NCBI GenBank assembly: GCA_964016885.1
Contig: OZ024743.1
Location: 53,754,001 to 53,818,000, forward strand
From: Eledone cirrhosa
Lineage: Eukaryota
Direction: 5' to 3'
DNA: 64,000 bases
The notes under the pieces are model-generated. The model ran no database searches. It was not told the origin of the DNA and saw nothing but the letters and a program-made list of their open reading frames with translations. Each line of letters starts with the position of its first letter. The first letter of the stretch is position 1. The position numbers were made by a program, and so were the translations under genes. Positions 40,796 through 55,061 of the stretch are shown here, one piece after another.

Positions 40796-41227
40796 GATAA
40801 ATAGATTTATTCAATCATCTCTGGTACATTACCAGTACTTATTTAACAGAGGCTTTAGTGAGAATTTAACACAGAAATGTCCAACGCCATATTCCATACC
40901 ATCCACCCCACAACCACTGATGATATATTTATGAAATGTCTTCGAAGGAAAGATAGTCTGCTAAGAATGACTTGTAAGCGATGCATACGAGTCGCGCTTG
41001 GGTAAGTCAGATAATTAATAACTCATGAATATAGTAATCAACAGTAGATAATCAATTATCACACACCTTACTAGTAGATTTACCCGTCTGTGTATTATAT
41101 ATACATATATGAACACAACTAGCATAAGTTGTAAACATAAATGCGAGTAACGTGTACGTAAATTTATATTTGTATATATTTCAACGCGTAAGTTGAAATT
41201 TGAAAATGGGTTAGTAACAGTAATAAA

Positions 41228-41545
41228 TCTTCTTCTTCTTCTTCTTCTTCTTCTTCTTCTTCTTCTTCTTCTTCTTCTTCTTCTTCTTCTCCATCATCAT
41301 CATCATCATAATCTTCTTTACCCTCTTATATCCAACCATCTTGCTCGGAGTCTACCCCTGGGTCTCTAGTCGGTTGGTTTTGCCTGTAAAATCTTCCAGC
41401 GATTTTTCCTGAAACATTCTAACCTCATGTCCATAGATTCGAAGATGTGATCTCTGAATTCGGAGAAGTAGCGGCTCAACCTGGAATGACTCTCTGATCT
41501 CCGGGCTACGCACTCTATTGAATAACGTTACTCGAATGACCATTC
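41228..41545 (-). mobile_element. RTE-clade LINE 3' fragment with (GAT)n/(GAA)n tail
   Basis: VTLFNRVRSPEIRESFQVEPLLLRIQRSHLRIYGH.VRM (RTE C-terminal region), followed by a trinucleotide tail. Confidence 0.65.
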
Positions 41546-42257
41546 AAAACTGTAAACAATAGTTAAACAGGTCGGGTAAAATACTCCTGGAGAAAAAAAA
41601 AACAGAGACACTTACAGGAATAGAACCACGCATCTCTCCTGCGGTATATCACCGAATTATATTCAACTATTATCGCCAACACATTTTCAAATGTTAATAT
41701 GCCTTATGTACGTATCTTGGGGTTAGGCTCTACATATTTTGTTAGACTACGTAGAAATACGTAAATCACAATCATCATTGCGACCATAGTCGAACATTCC
41801 GGATAAAGTATCTCCATAATTCACGATTTTCCATTGCTTATGACAACTGCTCTCTACTTAGATTTGTATCGTCTCAGAGTTGATGGATGAATGTTCAAGC
41901 AGGTTTACCTCTAATGCGTCACTCGTTAGTTGGTTCCCACAATACTAGCTTGTGTATAACTAATATATAACTTATATATGTATATATATATGTATATATA
42001 TATATATATATATAAGTATAAACGATATATAACAGGGTATATCATTTGAGAAACAAACTAATATATATATATCTTATTATAAATCGTATATACTTATATT
42101 ATAGATGCTCTCAACAGACATTTATTGAGCTTTGTACTGAGAAACATTATCGATATATATTTTATATGTATTGATTAAACATAAAATTAGCTTACATACT
42201 GTATATATATATATATATATGTGTGTGTATGTATGTATGTATGTATATATATATATA

Positions 42258-42397
42258 TCAAACCTGCAAACCTCTAAAAACCCAAACGTGGAGTATCATG
42301 AGAAACAAATGCCCCAAAACGGGAAGAAATGAGGCAGAATGGGGGGGGGGGGGACATAATGAAGACATCTCTCATCCACCCCAAAGTGGGAGGTCTG
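42258..42397 (-). mobile_element. Second copy of the 8319-8490 dispersed repeat, inside (TA)n
   Basis: Reverse-complement homology; (TA)n immediately on both sides. Confidence 0.75.
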
Positions 42398-42417
42398 ATA
42401 TATATATATATATATAT

Positions 42418-42469
<52 letters not shown>

Positions 42470-42748
42470 ATGAGTACCACCGAAGTTGCATCTGCGAGTA
42501 GTAGATTCGTATCTGATTTTCCAAGGCTGACAGAAAGCACTCAATGAGAGAGTGGTCAACAAACTACTCATCAGAGTAAACACAATAAGTTAGGTAATAG
42601 TGACACAATGAAAAATGCCACCAGAGGCATGTTGCCACATTAATACCACAACAACGAAACCAACAGTTTTACAAGAGATGCCAACATGAATGGACATGTT
42701 ATTTTTATCTAAAGACATTTTTCCAATTCAAACCCGTCCATATATATG

Positions 42749-42856
<108 letters not shown>

Positions 42857-43281
42857 GCGAGAATCGCATTTCGGCGGGTAGAAAAAGCGAAACGAAACGC
42901 AAAAATCAGAAATAATGCTGGCAAGCGCTCCATAGTTAAAAAACCAGAGCTAAACAATATGTTAAAACGCCATACAAAACTGAAAAAGTGGTCAAGAAAG
43001 CATCAACCACCTAAGCCAAAAAAGCAAATCAAGCTAAACAGGTCAAAACAAAATAAATGATAAAAAACACAGACCTGGACCCGTTGGAATTGATGTTAAA
43101 ATCCAAATGCAGGGTTTTGTATGACACCTAAATCAAAATACTGTCTGCTTGAAATTATAAGCTTTAGGTATAATGATCGAACAAGGAATATCACGTTATT
43201 TAACAGGTATTTTGCTCTGTGAATGATACAGAGCCGTGTAAAAGCACATGTGGAATTCACAAGGGGAAAACCCCAGATTTT

Positions 43282-43414
<133 letters not shown>

Positions 43415-43473
43415 ATATTATATATATATATATATATATACTTATCTAGATACCATGCAATATGGCTGAACCA

Positions 43474-43673
43474 NNNNNNNNNNNNNNNNNNNNNNNNNNN
43501 NNNNNNNNNNNNNNNNNNNNNNNNNNNNNNNNNNNNNNNNNNNNNNNNNNNNNNNNNNNNNNNNNNNNNNNNNNNNNNNNNNNNNNNNNNNNNNNNNNNN
43601 NNNNNNNNNNNNNNNNNNNNNNNNNNNNNNNNNNNNNNNNNNNNNNNNNNNNNNNNNNNNNNNNNNNNNNNNN
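43474..43673. other. Assembly gap (200 N)
   Basis: Exactly 200 N; fixed-size scaffolding gap, so distance and orientation across it are uncertain. Confidence 0.99.
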
Positions 43674-46600
43674 CCCTCTTCTGTCCTCCTTTACCCCCCT
43701 CTCTATATTCCCTTACAATCCCACCCGACCCCGTTCTCTCACCACTCCCCTCTTAATGTTGCCTCTATCATTATCTCCATGACAACTTTATATCCAAAAC
43801 TCCTTCAATTACAAACAACCACAACTTTGTAGACATGGTAACACATACTTTTAGTCACATAAACACATCAGACTTGGAGTCGAGGCAATGAGGGAGCCAG
43901 CCACTATGCAGTCGCTCGAATTGTTTGAAAAAACAGCTAAATCTCTCATATATCAAATCGAACCATCATAAGAGGACACAATGAATAAATAATGTGATCT
44001 TTAATACACACAATCCAAAAATAAAAGTCTGGATGGTCATTCCTGGGATGCTTTTATTCGTAGGTCTTTCCAAAGCTTTTATTTTCCCAGTCACAACATA
44101 CGGCTCGGAAATGTAGGCCATAAAATCTGAAACCACGTAGACTAGAATGTTCTTATTTTCATGCAGTGTTTACAGTCTACACAAGCGATATAATGACGAA
44201 AGAGGTGTAGAAAGAAACAAAGACTTCCACAAGAAAAGCTTTTTCTCTTGGCATGTACCCTTACCGAGTTATTATGCAGGAAGAGACTGAAATGTTTCGG
44301 CCACGAAATCGAAAGGCCAATCAACAACTACGTAGCAGTAGCGTCCAATCAAAAATTTCCCAAACTCAAGACCACGTCATAGTTCGCACAGCGGGTGATC
44401 CTTTTAAGTTTCTTTAAGACACAGAGTTATTTCTCAAAAAGCAGATGTTAGACGGTGCTGCTTGTCCTACTAACAAGAGAAGACTTGAGCGGGTCCCAAC
44501 CACACACAAAAAAAAAGAAAGCAAAATGCAAAGAGAACATGATCAATATTTTCTTAATTAATGTGCGATTGTGTTATGATTATGATGATGATGATGGATA
44601 GATGATCAAAGAAGGGATGGAGATTGATTGCTATACGACTGTGTTACTTAAGTATGCTGAACAGAAAGTGATATCTAGGCTTGATGTAGTTTGTCTGGAG
44701 AGATATGTAGTTGTGATAGTGGGGATGCTTTAGTATATAAAGTGTGCCTTATCTATTTTTCTTGTATTCAAACTATTTATTGGAGATCATTCCTACATAT
44801 AAGGGAACATTTAAACGACAAGAAACAATCATCACAAAACATCTACTATACTTGACCTGCTTGAGATTACAGCCTAGTATACGGGGACCCCCTTCGGTCA
44901 TAACTGACCATGGGTTTGAACTCGGAAAGATCCTCTTCTAGGCACAAAGCTGGACAAATAACTTTTGTAGAAAACCAGCAGTTGCTCATATATGCCAATC
45001 TCCCCTCTCCATGCCACCGATATTGTTCAAGGGATTGGACAATATGAATCCATAGTGTGGATTGGCGGAACTTTCAATAAAATACCTTGTACAAAGTTTC
45101 AATGTGCCACCCAGTCTGGTAATTGAACTCACGATCTTACAATTGTAAGCCTAATACTCTAACCACTAAGCTCAGTGACTTCATAATGGCAGGCTAAACT
45201 CACTAAAAGAGAAGTACACATTGGATAATGTAGTCCTAAACATACTCTATCTAAATAATACATTAAAAAAATGGAGTTACGGATCATTAGTCTGCTCGAT
45301 CAAGGCTGACCTATGGTTAAACAACTACAATCAATATTAGTACCACTACTACCACTCTAACCACACCCACAACAATACTCTAATCACCACCACTATAACC
45401 ATCACCACCGTTTTTCCCTTCCAGAATAAGGTCTATCGCTTTCTTTCAATGCCATACGATGCCAATGACGTCTATTAAATATCGAATATCTAAAATGGTG
45501 ACTATGGCATCAGTTAGTTAATTGACCGCATCATTTTATACTTATTTGGTGATGGTGGAATTATGGGGAAGAAATCAATACTTGATGCTGACATTCCATT
45601 ACAGACATCAAAAGATTCGACGGAGATTCCGTTCAAAAGCCAACCATTTATCAACACAAGATCAACACTCATTCTCAACATTCACAAGATAGGAAATTTC
45701 AACAACTGACAGTTTCGTTTTAATTTGTTAGTGTGAAGGAGTGAGAGGGGTGTATGCCCATAACGTAAAAAAGGATTGGCTGGGGTAACTGAATGGATTC
45801 TCGCGAAGATAGAGAGAGAGAGGGGGGAGCGAGGGAGAGGGGGGGGGGGGGCTATATTATTGCCAGACAGTTTTAGACGTAATTCTTCCCAGACTCGATA
45901 CCATTACATACGTGGTTACAGAATCTGGTGAAGCTGAATTAAATAAGTTAAAAACCTCTTTAATCATGACTGACCTTGGATTTTACACATGGAATGCTCC
46001 TTCCTCTCCACGACGCAAGTCTGGGCAAGGTGTTTTGGAGAAGACCAGTAGTTGCCCAACAATACAAGTCAATACACGCCACCCAGTCAAGGAATTGAAC
46101 TTCCCACTGTATGAGCACGACCCAACAGATGAACTACTAAGCCACGCACATTCACACCAACAAAGAGTGTTCCAGTTGTTCGACCACCTGAACAACAGCA
46201 TACGCACGAAATGAACGTGCAGTTGGTTGAGTATTCCATATCCACACAAAACGTAATCCTCAGGGAGATTCAACATGATACAATATGTGACATGACTGGC
46301 TCTTTAAATTTACTGATATAGTCCATCCGAAGGGTTTCAAACATTTGCCCCAGAAACCACGCTTTGGAACCGAACCTGGGATTATGATTGTGATTATGAT
46401 TGTGAAGCAAACTTCTTAACCATTCGGCTATTCTGCGTCCACTGCCTTAAATTGTAGAAATTGCATGAACACCACAACATCACACGAAGAGGATGATTGG
46501 AAAGCTACATCCAAAATTTAAAGAGAGTTTTTTTTAGTGGGTGCTGGATTTGAGTGAGGTGGGTGGAGAGCTATTCATAAAGGCCTTCTTAGCTTCCCCC

Positions 46601-47414
46601 CCCCCCCCCCCTCAAACACACACTCAAACGAACTAATGTACCGGTGAAACCCCTACTCCTACCTTCCTCTTATAGGTTCTGAGCTTTATTATGCCAGACT
46701 CAGAAAGACTTATTGTCGGACTTGCTATCATAAATAACATAGCTTGCGTTCTGCATAACTAAAACAATTCTTTTCTCTTTTGCTTTCTTTTCTTCTTACT
46801 TTCCATTTTTTTCATTCCTTCATTCGTTCTTGCCGTCCCCACCTCCTATACAACTTCTCTCCTTCTGATTCCCATCTACCCCTCTCTCTCCCACCCTCTC
46901 TCATCAATTGGTAATAGTACAGCCAGACTATGGCGCCACTTGGTCTAGAGACCAATGTTTATGGTAGAATACTAACGCAATAGGTGAGTGGATATCACCA
47001 CTAAGTACCGACCTTGTTGACAACAATTTGATCTCTCTAAAAAAAAACAATGTTTAAACCGGACACTACTAATCGCTTGCTGACTGTCTCCCACTTCTCT
47101 CTCTCCTCCCCACTCTTTTTATTTCTCTCTCTCACACACACATCCGTACATACAGACTCGTGTTGGACCTACGTCAGATCCGATGACAACTGTTCAAACA
47201 ACAAAACAGCTTGCAGCATCTTAATAAGGGAAGGTCACATTGGACAGTCTTGGATACATTGTTATCTGAATAAAAACGTGATGGTCATGGCTGGAAGGAA
47301 TGTCTTTGATCATAAGTCCTTTCAGGCAAAGTTAACATGGGTCTAAACAACAAAAAACACTAACAACTAAAGCAAAAATCGTATAAATAAACTCGACCAC
47401 ATCTTTGTTATTGT

Positions 47415-47720
47415 CGGATCTCCGTCGGTTCCGACGACGAGTGTTTCTGTTGTTCGAACAACAGAACAGCCTGCTCATGAAATTAATGTGCAAGAGACTG
47501 AACATTCCACGGACACGTTCATCCTTGACGTAGTAGTCAGGGAGATTCAATGTGTGATAAGACTGGCCCTTTTAACTATAAGTACAAATTACTTTTAAGC
47601 TGAGTTGGATTGGAGCAACATGAAATAAAATGTCTTGCTCAAGGACACACCACACGTTGCCGAGAATCAAGCTCACGAAAATAAGCCGAATATCTTAACT
47701 ACTAAGCCACGCTCCTTCAT
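47415..47720 (-). mobile_element. tRNA-derived SINE family 2, near full length
   Basis: - strand head ggagcgtggcttagtagttaag...; body shared with other family-2 copies. Confidence 0.7.
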
Positions 47721-48399
47721 ACATACACCCGCAAACATAGAAATAGAGCAATAGATACAAGAAACTGGCTAAATTGTTAGAGCGTCAAATATACTTTCTT
47801 GCCTTCTTTCTTCCTGTTCTTTCTCTGTGTACAAATCCTGACGAGGTAAATGTGGTTGGTAAAATAAATTATCGGTCAAATACAATAGTCGATTTAATCG
47901 CCTATATTGAAACTACTGTTATTATTGTTGATGCTGCATGACGAAGGAAGCCCAACTTTCCCTTATAAAAATAAAGTATTTATTCTATTTATAAGGATCG
48001 AAGAATGGGCGACAAAATGTTACAATGCTTTGCATTTCGTTCCGGCTCACTGCTCTCTGAGTTCAAATCCCGTTGAAGACAACTTTGCCTTTTTATTTTT
48101 ATCGAAAAGTCGATAAAAAAAAGTATCACTCTAGTACTGGGGTCGATTCTTCCTCTATATCTCTTTCTCACTTTCTATCCTTCTCTTGAAGAAGTCTGCT
48201 GTGTTCAGACCTTGAGAGGTGATGGGCTCCGCCAGGCTTAAAATGCACAAGAAACGCCGTATTCCAATACGGGGCCCTTACAACTCCATCAGGAATTATG
48301 GTTCCTTATAAACATGTATCGAAGGCTTTTTGAGTTAATGTTTGAATGTCATTATGTATGGGGTTGACAGTATCGTTAGAGATTCTGCCAACAGGCGTT

Positions 48400-48565
48400 A
48401 TGGACTAGAGTTGCGTCCATTTACTTCTGAGTTCAAATCCCGCCGAGGTAAGCTTTGCCTTTCATCCTTACGGGGTCGATAAAATAAAGTACCAATTACG
48501 CACTGGGGCCGATTTAATCGACTTCCCCTACCCAAAACTGTTGGCCTTGTGCCTAAATCAAAAAC
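48400..48565 (+). mobile_element. SINE family 1
   Basis: gagttcaaatcccgccgagg...ctttgcctttcatccttacggggtcgataaaataaagtacc...ggccttgtgcc. Confidence 0.8.
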
Positions 48566-48924
48566 ATAAAACACATTGACCCAACATGACCAAATGGTTA
48601 AGAAACCCACTTCGTAATATCATGGTCAAGTGTCAGGACTGACAGAACCTGTCTGCATATCCAGCAAATGAGCTGTACCTACAATGCAAGGTGTCAGCAT
48701 TGCCATATACACACTGAATCACGAGCAGGCTCTTCCATTGATCGAAAAACTGGAACATTCATCTTCGAAACCGACGAAGAACCATTCCTGTAAAACGACG
48801 TTATATATGTAAGTATGTGCGTTTATTTTATGTATGTACATACATATATCAAAGATAATTAGTTGCCAAGAGTTTGGCATTCATATGAACCACTTCATGA
48901 GTCAAGACATGAAGGGGGGCATAC

Positions 48925-48976
<52 letters not shown>

Positions 48977-49384
48977 GTCTGAAGGGGGGAATGAGAGTGA
49001 GAGAGTGACCGAGAGGGAAAGCGAGTGAGAGAGAGAGAGCAGCCGAGAGAGAGAGAGAGAAATCCACCAAATACCATTGTTATGAACAATCGTTTAAGGG
49101 AGTGTTGTACATGCCTTGTTCAATGGCAGAGACCCGTGTCATATATTTTAATATGTGACACCCCGTAGTTCATGACACTCCTAGCTAATATTTCTTTGGA
49201 AACCTTAAGAAGTTTAAGATATATTTATTATTTATTCATTTTTTAGGCAAACATACAAGGGGCGAACTGGCTTTGAGGTATTCGTTCAGACGCTCTGCGC
49301 TCTGAGTTCATATCTTGCCGAGGTCAACGTTAATTTTCAACCTTTCGAGGTCAACAAATAAAGTACTAGTTTAATCTTATGTCT

Positions 49385-49600
49385 GATGTCTAAAGTCTGC
49401 CTCGAACGAGAAGGCTCGCCAGGCCGGTGCTTATCCCGGTTTCGTTGAGTTAAGCGACTGAGAGTTCACGACTCCCACACTGGACAGGACGCCAGTCCAT
49501 CGCAGTGTTAGACCCCCAGCTATTGCTGGTACTCATTTTTAGATGAGTACTGTGGAGCAACATGAAATGAAGTGTTTTGCTCAAGAAATAGTAACGACTG
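49385..49600 (-). mobile_element. SINE family 3 with V-domain-like core (3' part also at ~4205-4295, +)
   Basis: - strand 'gcgatggactggcgtcctgtccag' resembles the V-SINE domain (recalled, not searched); tail 'gggataagcac.ggcctg..gagcct' shared with ~4234-4262. Confidence 0.5.
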
Positions 49601-50059
49601 GCAAGGAGATGACCCCACCACCACAACATATCCGTCATTTTAACTTGGCGGAGCCCATCCATCTCCAGATCGAAACTCAGCTGATTTCTTCTTTGTCTTC
49701 TTCTTCTTGAGAGAGTGAGAGGGAAAGAAGGAGGAGGAATCTACTTATTTATCAAACTCGAATGGGTGAAAGGCAAAGTTGACCTCGGTATGATTTGAAC
49801 TCAGAGCGCAGAGAACCGGGACCCACCCACAAAGCATTCTATCCGACATGCTAACAACACTGTTAATTCGCCGCCTTCCAACAACGTTACGGCATTTTAT
49901 AAGAATGAGTCAACTTGTATTTGAAAGTCCATCTAAACCAACTAGAACACCCCGTGTCTTCTTCTTTCAGTACAGTACAGTACAGTTCTTTCTTCTTACA
50001 CACATTGACTGATATCTATCAGATAAATAAATATACATAACTAGATAAATAGAAATAGA

Positions 50060-50171
<112 letters not shown>

Positions 50172-52297
50172 CGTACATACACACAACCCAACACATCTGT
50201 TCGTTCGGCCATTTGACAGCCGCCGCTCACACAGAGAAGAGATACCATTGATTTACAGTTGAGAGTAATTGTCGTTGCACTGAAAACTTAGAAGTTTTGT
50301 TGTTATTCTTGTAGTTACTGTTGTTATTTCCAATTTTTCTTCTTTTTTTCTTTCTTTATTAAAGCACACACATATACAATTATGAGTAATCGTTCTCTCC
50401 GCCTTTTTGATTTGACCCATACCACCACCACCATCAACCACTTAAATAAATAGATGTTCCAGGCCGAAAGTTTGTTTCTTGCTGGTAATTTAATCAGCAA
50501 GGTTTCATCGCGGCGAAAATCAACTTCGCCCCTGCAGTAGGGCGAACTGAGTGTAGCTGTCGTTCAAATCAGTCGGGTGTGTTTGATGCGCATGATGGAG
50601 GAAATAGACCGAACTGTCAGCTATATTTGACGTTGGCAGGCCAAGCTAAATACGACTTAATAAAACATTCATTTAGTTTGAATGTTATTTGCCTTGTTTA
50701 TCTAATCTATTTTCTATAAGGGAGACTAAGATAAACATCTCGACTCCGCTAAAAGCTGTCGAAAGCTATTAAATATGCTTTACTAAAGTTTGAAAACAAC
50801 GAAACTCCATGTTTATTGTTGTTTTATTATATTATTTCTATTTTCTTGTAGCGTTATGTTTATATTTGTGTTTTTATATCTGTGTATTTATATATTTACT
50901 GTTGATTATATTTTTATCTTATTTTGTTATTTTTCTCTGTTTGTCCCAGTGCAACTCTAATAGTTTATATTCCTGTCTCCCACCTATTCTAACGTAGCAG
51001 ATGTTTTATTTTCATCGCTTCTGGCTTGGAATAAAGTCAGAGGAACTTGCACCCGTTAGCCTGACATAGAGCCGAGGGTGTTCCTATAATCTTATCACCG
51101 AAAATTAGACTGAATTATGGAATGTTGAGAAGAAAATGAGGTGGAAAAAGGGCAATGGCGTACTTTCAAGATGGTGGCATTTCAGTTCTGTTGAAACTTT
51201 TTTTTACTGTGATAACTTGGGAATGGGATGTAGCTGTTTATATTACAGCGCTAAAATTATACCACCTCCACAGTAATCCACCACACCAATTCTTTATGCT
51301 AATTTTCTTTTATGAAACAACAAATTCCATAGGGCCAGTATTCAAAGTTTCGTCGACGTTAATCTAATGAGAGGTGGATCACGCCTGGAGAGTAAGCTAA
51401 TGTATTCCAATTAACTTTCCCATGAGATCTGCTACTTTTCTTCTGATAGTTAAATGCATTAAAACGTATAGCAAAATATTTTGCTCAAATATGCAAGGAA
51501 ACTTTTGCTGTAAATCTTAAGTCATTGCTCGTAGGTTCAAATCTCCCTAGCCGTGTTTTAGGTTAAGATGATATTTTTAAAAACCCCAACAGCTACAGTT
51601 TTGGTGGCGTTCTGTAAGTAATTATACACAAATTGACACTATTTAATATTTTCACATCCTTTTTATGCAGTTCTTCCTAAACTATCAGAAGTAAGCGCAG
51701 ACGATCTTGATATTCTCAAACCGGAGACTTGATCAGATATTAAAGAACAACATCTAAACTCACCTAAAAGTAAATACTGATAAAGGTAGGTATGGGAAGG
51801 ATTGTTCCTATGTTATTATCAGAAACATGTAGTTTCTGTAGTATGTTGGTTTTTACGAGGTGAGGTTACTAACCCCTCGTCCAACATTCTTCCTTTCTCA
51901 AGCTGGCTTAGGGCTGACATTACTATAAAATGGATACCATCCCGTGCAAGATACCTAGATCCAGATCAATAATCACTTAATGTGCAACAGTGAAAGAAGG
52001 CCTGTGAAAACGAAAGATGATAAGAAACACGATAAAAATAGGTTGTCTCTGTTAAAACGCCTTTGTTTATAAACATACTCGATCAGGATCAACTGCGAGT
52101 TAAACAACAACATTACAGCGCTTCAGAATCAGGCATAAGGTGTGTACGGTTGTATGGTAAACAAAGAAAAAGTAAATGACCCTGGTGGAATCGTAGGAGC
52201 ATCTTGAGTATTTTAAACCTGATGGAGATAAACACTATCCAGGCTGGAACACAGCCGATTACTTCTAGAGAGAGAGAGAGTGGGAGAGAGATAGATA

Positions 52298-52373
<76 letters not shown>

Positions 52374-52688
52374 CCCAGTATTGGACTGGTACACGCTATT
52401 TATCGATTTCGAAAGGATAAAAGGCAAAGTTGACATCGGTATGGTTTGAATTATGAGCGTAGTGGACCGGAACAGATACCAAGGAATTGGCCGCTTATGT
52501 GTTGCATGAGAATAAATTATTAAATTTGATTCTCTGGGAGCTTACACAAACACACACACACGCACACGCCCCCCCCCCCCCATATATATATATGAAAAAC
52601 ATGAGAAGAAAGGGGAATACTGCGTCGTTGCACATGGGTTACATATATATATATATACAGATATACATATATATATATATATATACAG

Positions 52689-52756
<68 letters not shown>

Positions 52757-52758
<2 letters not shown>

Positions 52759-53540
52759 AAGGCGGGTAAAATTCCCGAGATCCATGGACGAGTTCTCTCC
52801 AGCGGTCTCTGTCCCTCATTATCGCTGCCATATCCTGCATCTCCAAGAGACCAGTGTCTGTCCTTAGGGCATCAACATATGTTAACCTTGGTCTTCCTCT
52901 TCTAGTGTGTCCATGTAGGGGCTCCCAAAGGAGCACTGAGTGCAATGTCAACTCTGGAAGTCGGTGAGTATGTCCAGCCAACCTCAGTCTCCTCTGTGTC
53001 ACTTTTGAGCTGACTTTTGGGATGCTCCCATACAGCTCTGAGTTTTTCATCCTCAGTGTATACTGATTAATGTTCAGAGCCATCCTCAGCATTCTCGTGT
53101 AGCACCCATCCACCATCTGAGTGAGTCTCTTGGTCAGTGTCCAAGTCTCAGACCCATACAGCAGCACAGACTCCACTACAGCAATGAAGAGGCGGATTTT
53201 CAGGTCTCTACGAAGGTCCGACTTCCACACCGATCTCAAGCTGTGACACGCCGCCCAGGCCTTGCTCTTCCTCTCAACCACATCATCTTCCGTATTCCCA
53301 ATCTTTGCTCCCAAATACAGGAAGTCCTCAACCAATTCCAGCGGCTTCCCGCCTACATTAGTGATCCCCTCTGGCTTCTCAACATTCTCTACCAGATATT
53401 TTGTTTTAGTCTCATTCATTCTCAGCCCCACACTCATCGACACAGTCTCAACCTCCCGCATCAAATCCTCTGCCTCCTTCACTGTATTTGTCACCAAAAC
53501 TATGTCGTCGGCAAATTCAGCATCCGATACCTTTTTCGCC
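52757..53540 (-). mobile_element. 5'-truncated RTE-clade LINE with an uninterrupted RT/C-terminal ORF (~260 aa)
   Basis: EFADD, GLRMNETKT, FLYLG, LLYGSETWTLT, RRGRPRLTY, DRDRWR; the stop codon is followed directly by (AT)n. Confidence 0.85.
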
Positions 53541-53924
53541 CCTGGGTATGACATTAAACTACATCCAGTGGCAAGGCTCCAGTTCGGGAGTTCAGGAGAT
53601 GTGGGGAATGTGGAGTTACCCCTTAGTTGTCATGACTCCCAGGTCTGCCCTGGCCCGGGGTGGTAGTACCTGTTAGGGCTCCATTTATGGGTTAAATAAC
53701 TACCTTATTCGAGTGGCGCCGGTAAGGTATTGTCAGCCATTGAAAAGAAATATGGAGAGTCGATCTAACAGCACTAGGGTTAGAGCCCCTAATTACGCTG
53801 TCAAGGAGCAGCCTGGTCGTTATGACTCTGCTGGCTTAGAGCCACAGAGAGGGCCAGTGGATGATGGATCAGCTGTCTCTGAGACAAATATAAAGAATGC
53901 AGTTTTGTCCTGCAGAAGAGCCAT

Positions 53925-54020
<96 letters not shown>

Positions 54021-54032
54021 ACATATATAGAT

Positions 54033-54277
54033 GTGGTTACACAACAGTTAGTTCACCATACAATTGTTTCACCTTAGTGGATCCTCAGCTCGTAATGGGC
54101 ATGGTTATACGGAACTGTTCCGTATAACCATTCCCATTACAAGGTGAGGATCCGCTAAGGTGAAACAATTGTTCTCGGTATGGTGAACTAACTGTTGTGT
54201 AACCACTTCTACCTAACTCGTCCCATGGACTGAGTGCTCTACCACTACGGATATTACCTTCCAGTGTTCCACCACTA
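54033..54277 (+). mobile_element. Fold-back element family C (174-bp palindrome 54033-54206) with two hammerhead cores
   Basis: Consensus gag CTGAGGA t CC.CTAA GG t GAAA CAATTG TT ctc at 54060-54091 (-) and 54141-54176 (+); lies between (TA)n tracts. Confidence 0.75.
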
Positions 54278-54294
54278 TATATATATATATATAT

Positions 54295-54355
<61 letters not shown>

Positions 54356-54412
54356 TATATATATATACACACACATATATATATATATATATACATTTAT
54401 ATATATATATTT

Positions 54413-54502
<90 letters not shown>

Positions 54503-55061
54503 GCATATATATGTATGTATACACATATGGTGGCTGCCAACTCGTTTTCGTGTACGGCCACTACTTTATATTCATGTAGGAGAACCCCTACCGATGCGCT
54601 GAACGAGTGTGACTTTTTAGTCCAGCCAGCGACTTGAAAACTCTGGTACAAACACTACACTTGTGACAATTATTGACACATAGTGCTTTGCCTTTGGTAC
54701 CATGTGACGACAAGTGCAGAGAGATCTCCAGATATAAAGCAATGCCTGTGCCATGAAGCTTTTATAGTGAGCAAAGGCACTGCACAAAGCCAGTCCCACT
54801 CTCTTAACCAAGATGATATTTACCAAAAAGAAGAACAAGTCAACATCATTGGATACCATCAGGGTTGCAGGTGTTATATCAGAGTTTTCCTTCTCCTAGA
54901 ATTCTGCCTTGACAAAGGCTAAGGGGTCATCTCTCCCAGTGATTTTGGATGGCCATTGACTCTTAAGAGCTCCTTTGCCCTTTGACAGGTTTTGTTTTTA
55001 GTCCTGCAGGATGTCCAAAGTCACCCTCCTCACCAAGAAACCTTATGTATACACATATTAA

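Noticed and set aside
42470-42580. CTGATGAG on the - strand near a (TA)n tract as another hammerhead
   Set aside because: No GAAA follows the adjacent hairpin, so the core is incomplete
44310-44385. Two CCAAT boxes plus CACGTCA as a promoter
   Set aside because: No downstream exon or ORF recognised; such motifs are common in TE remnants
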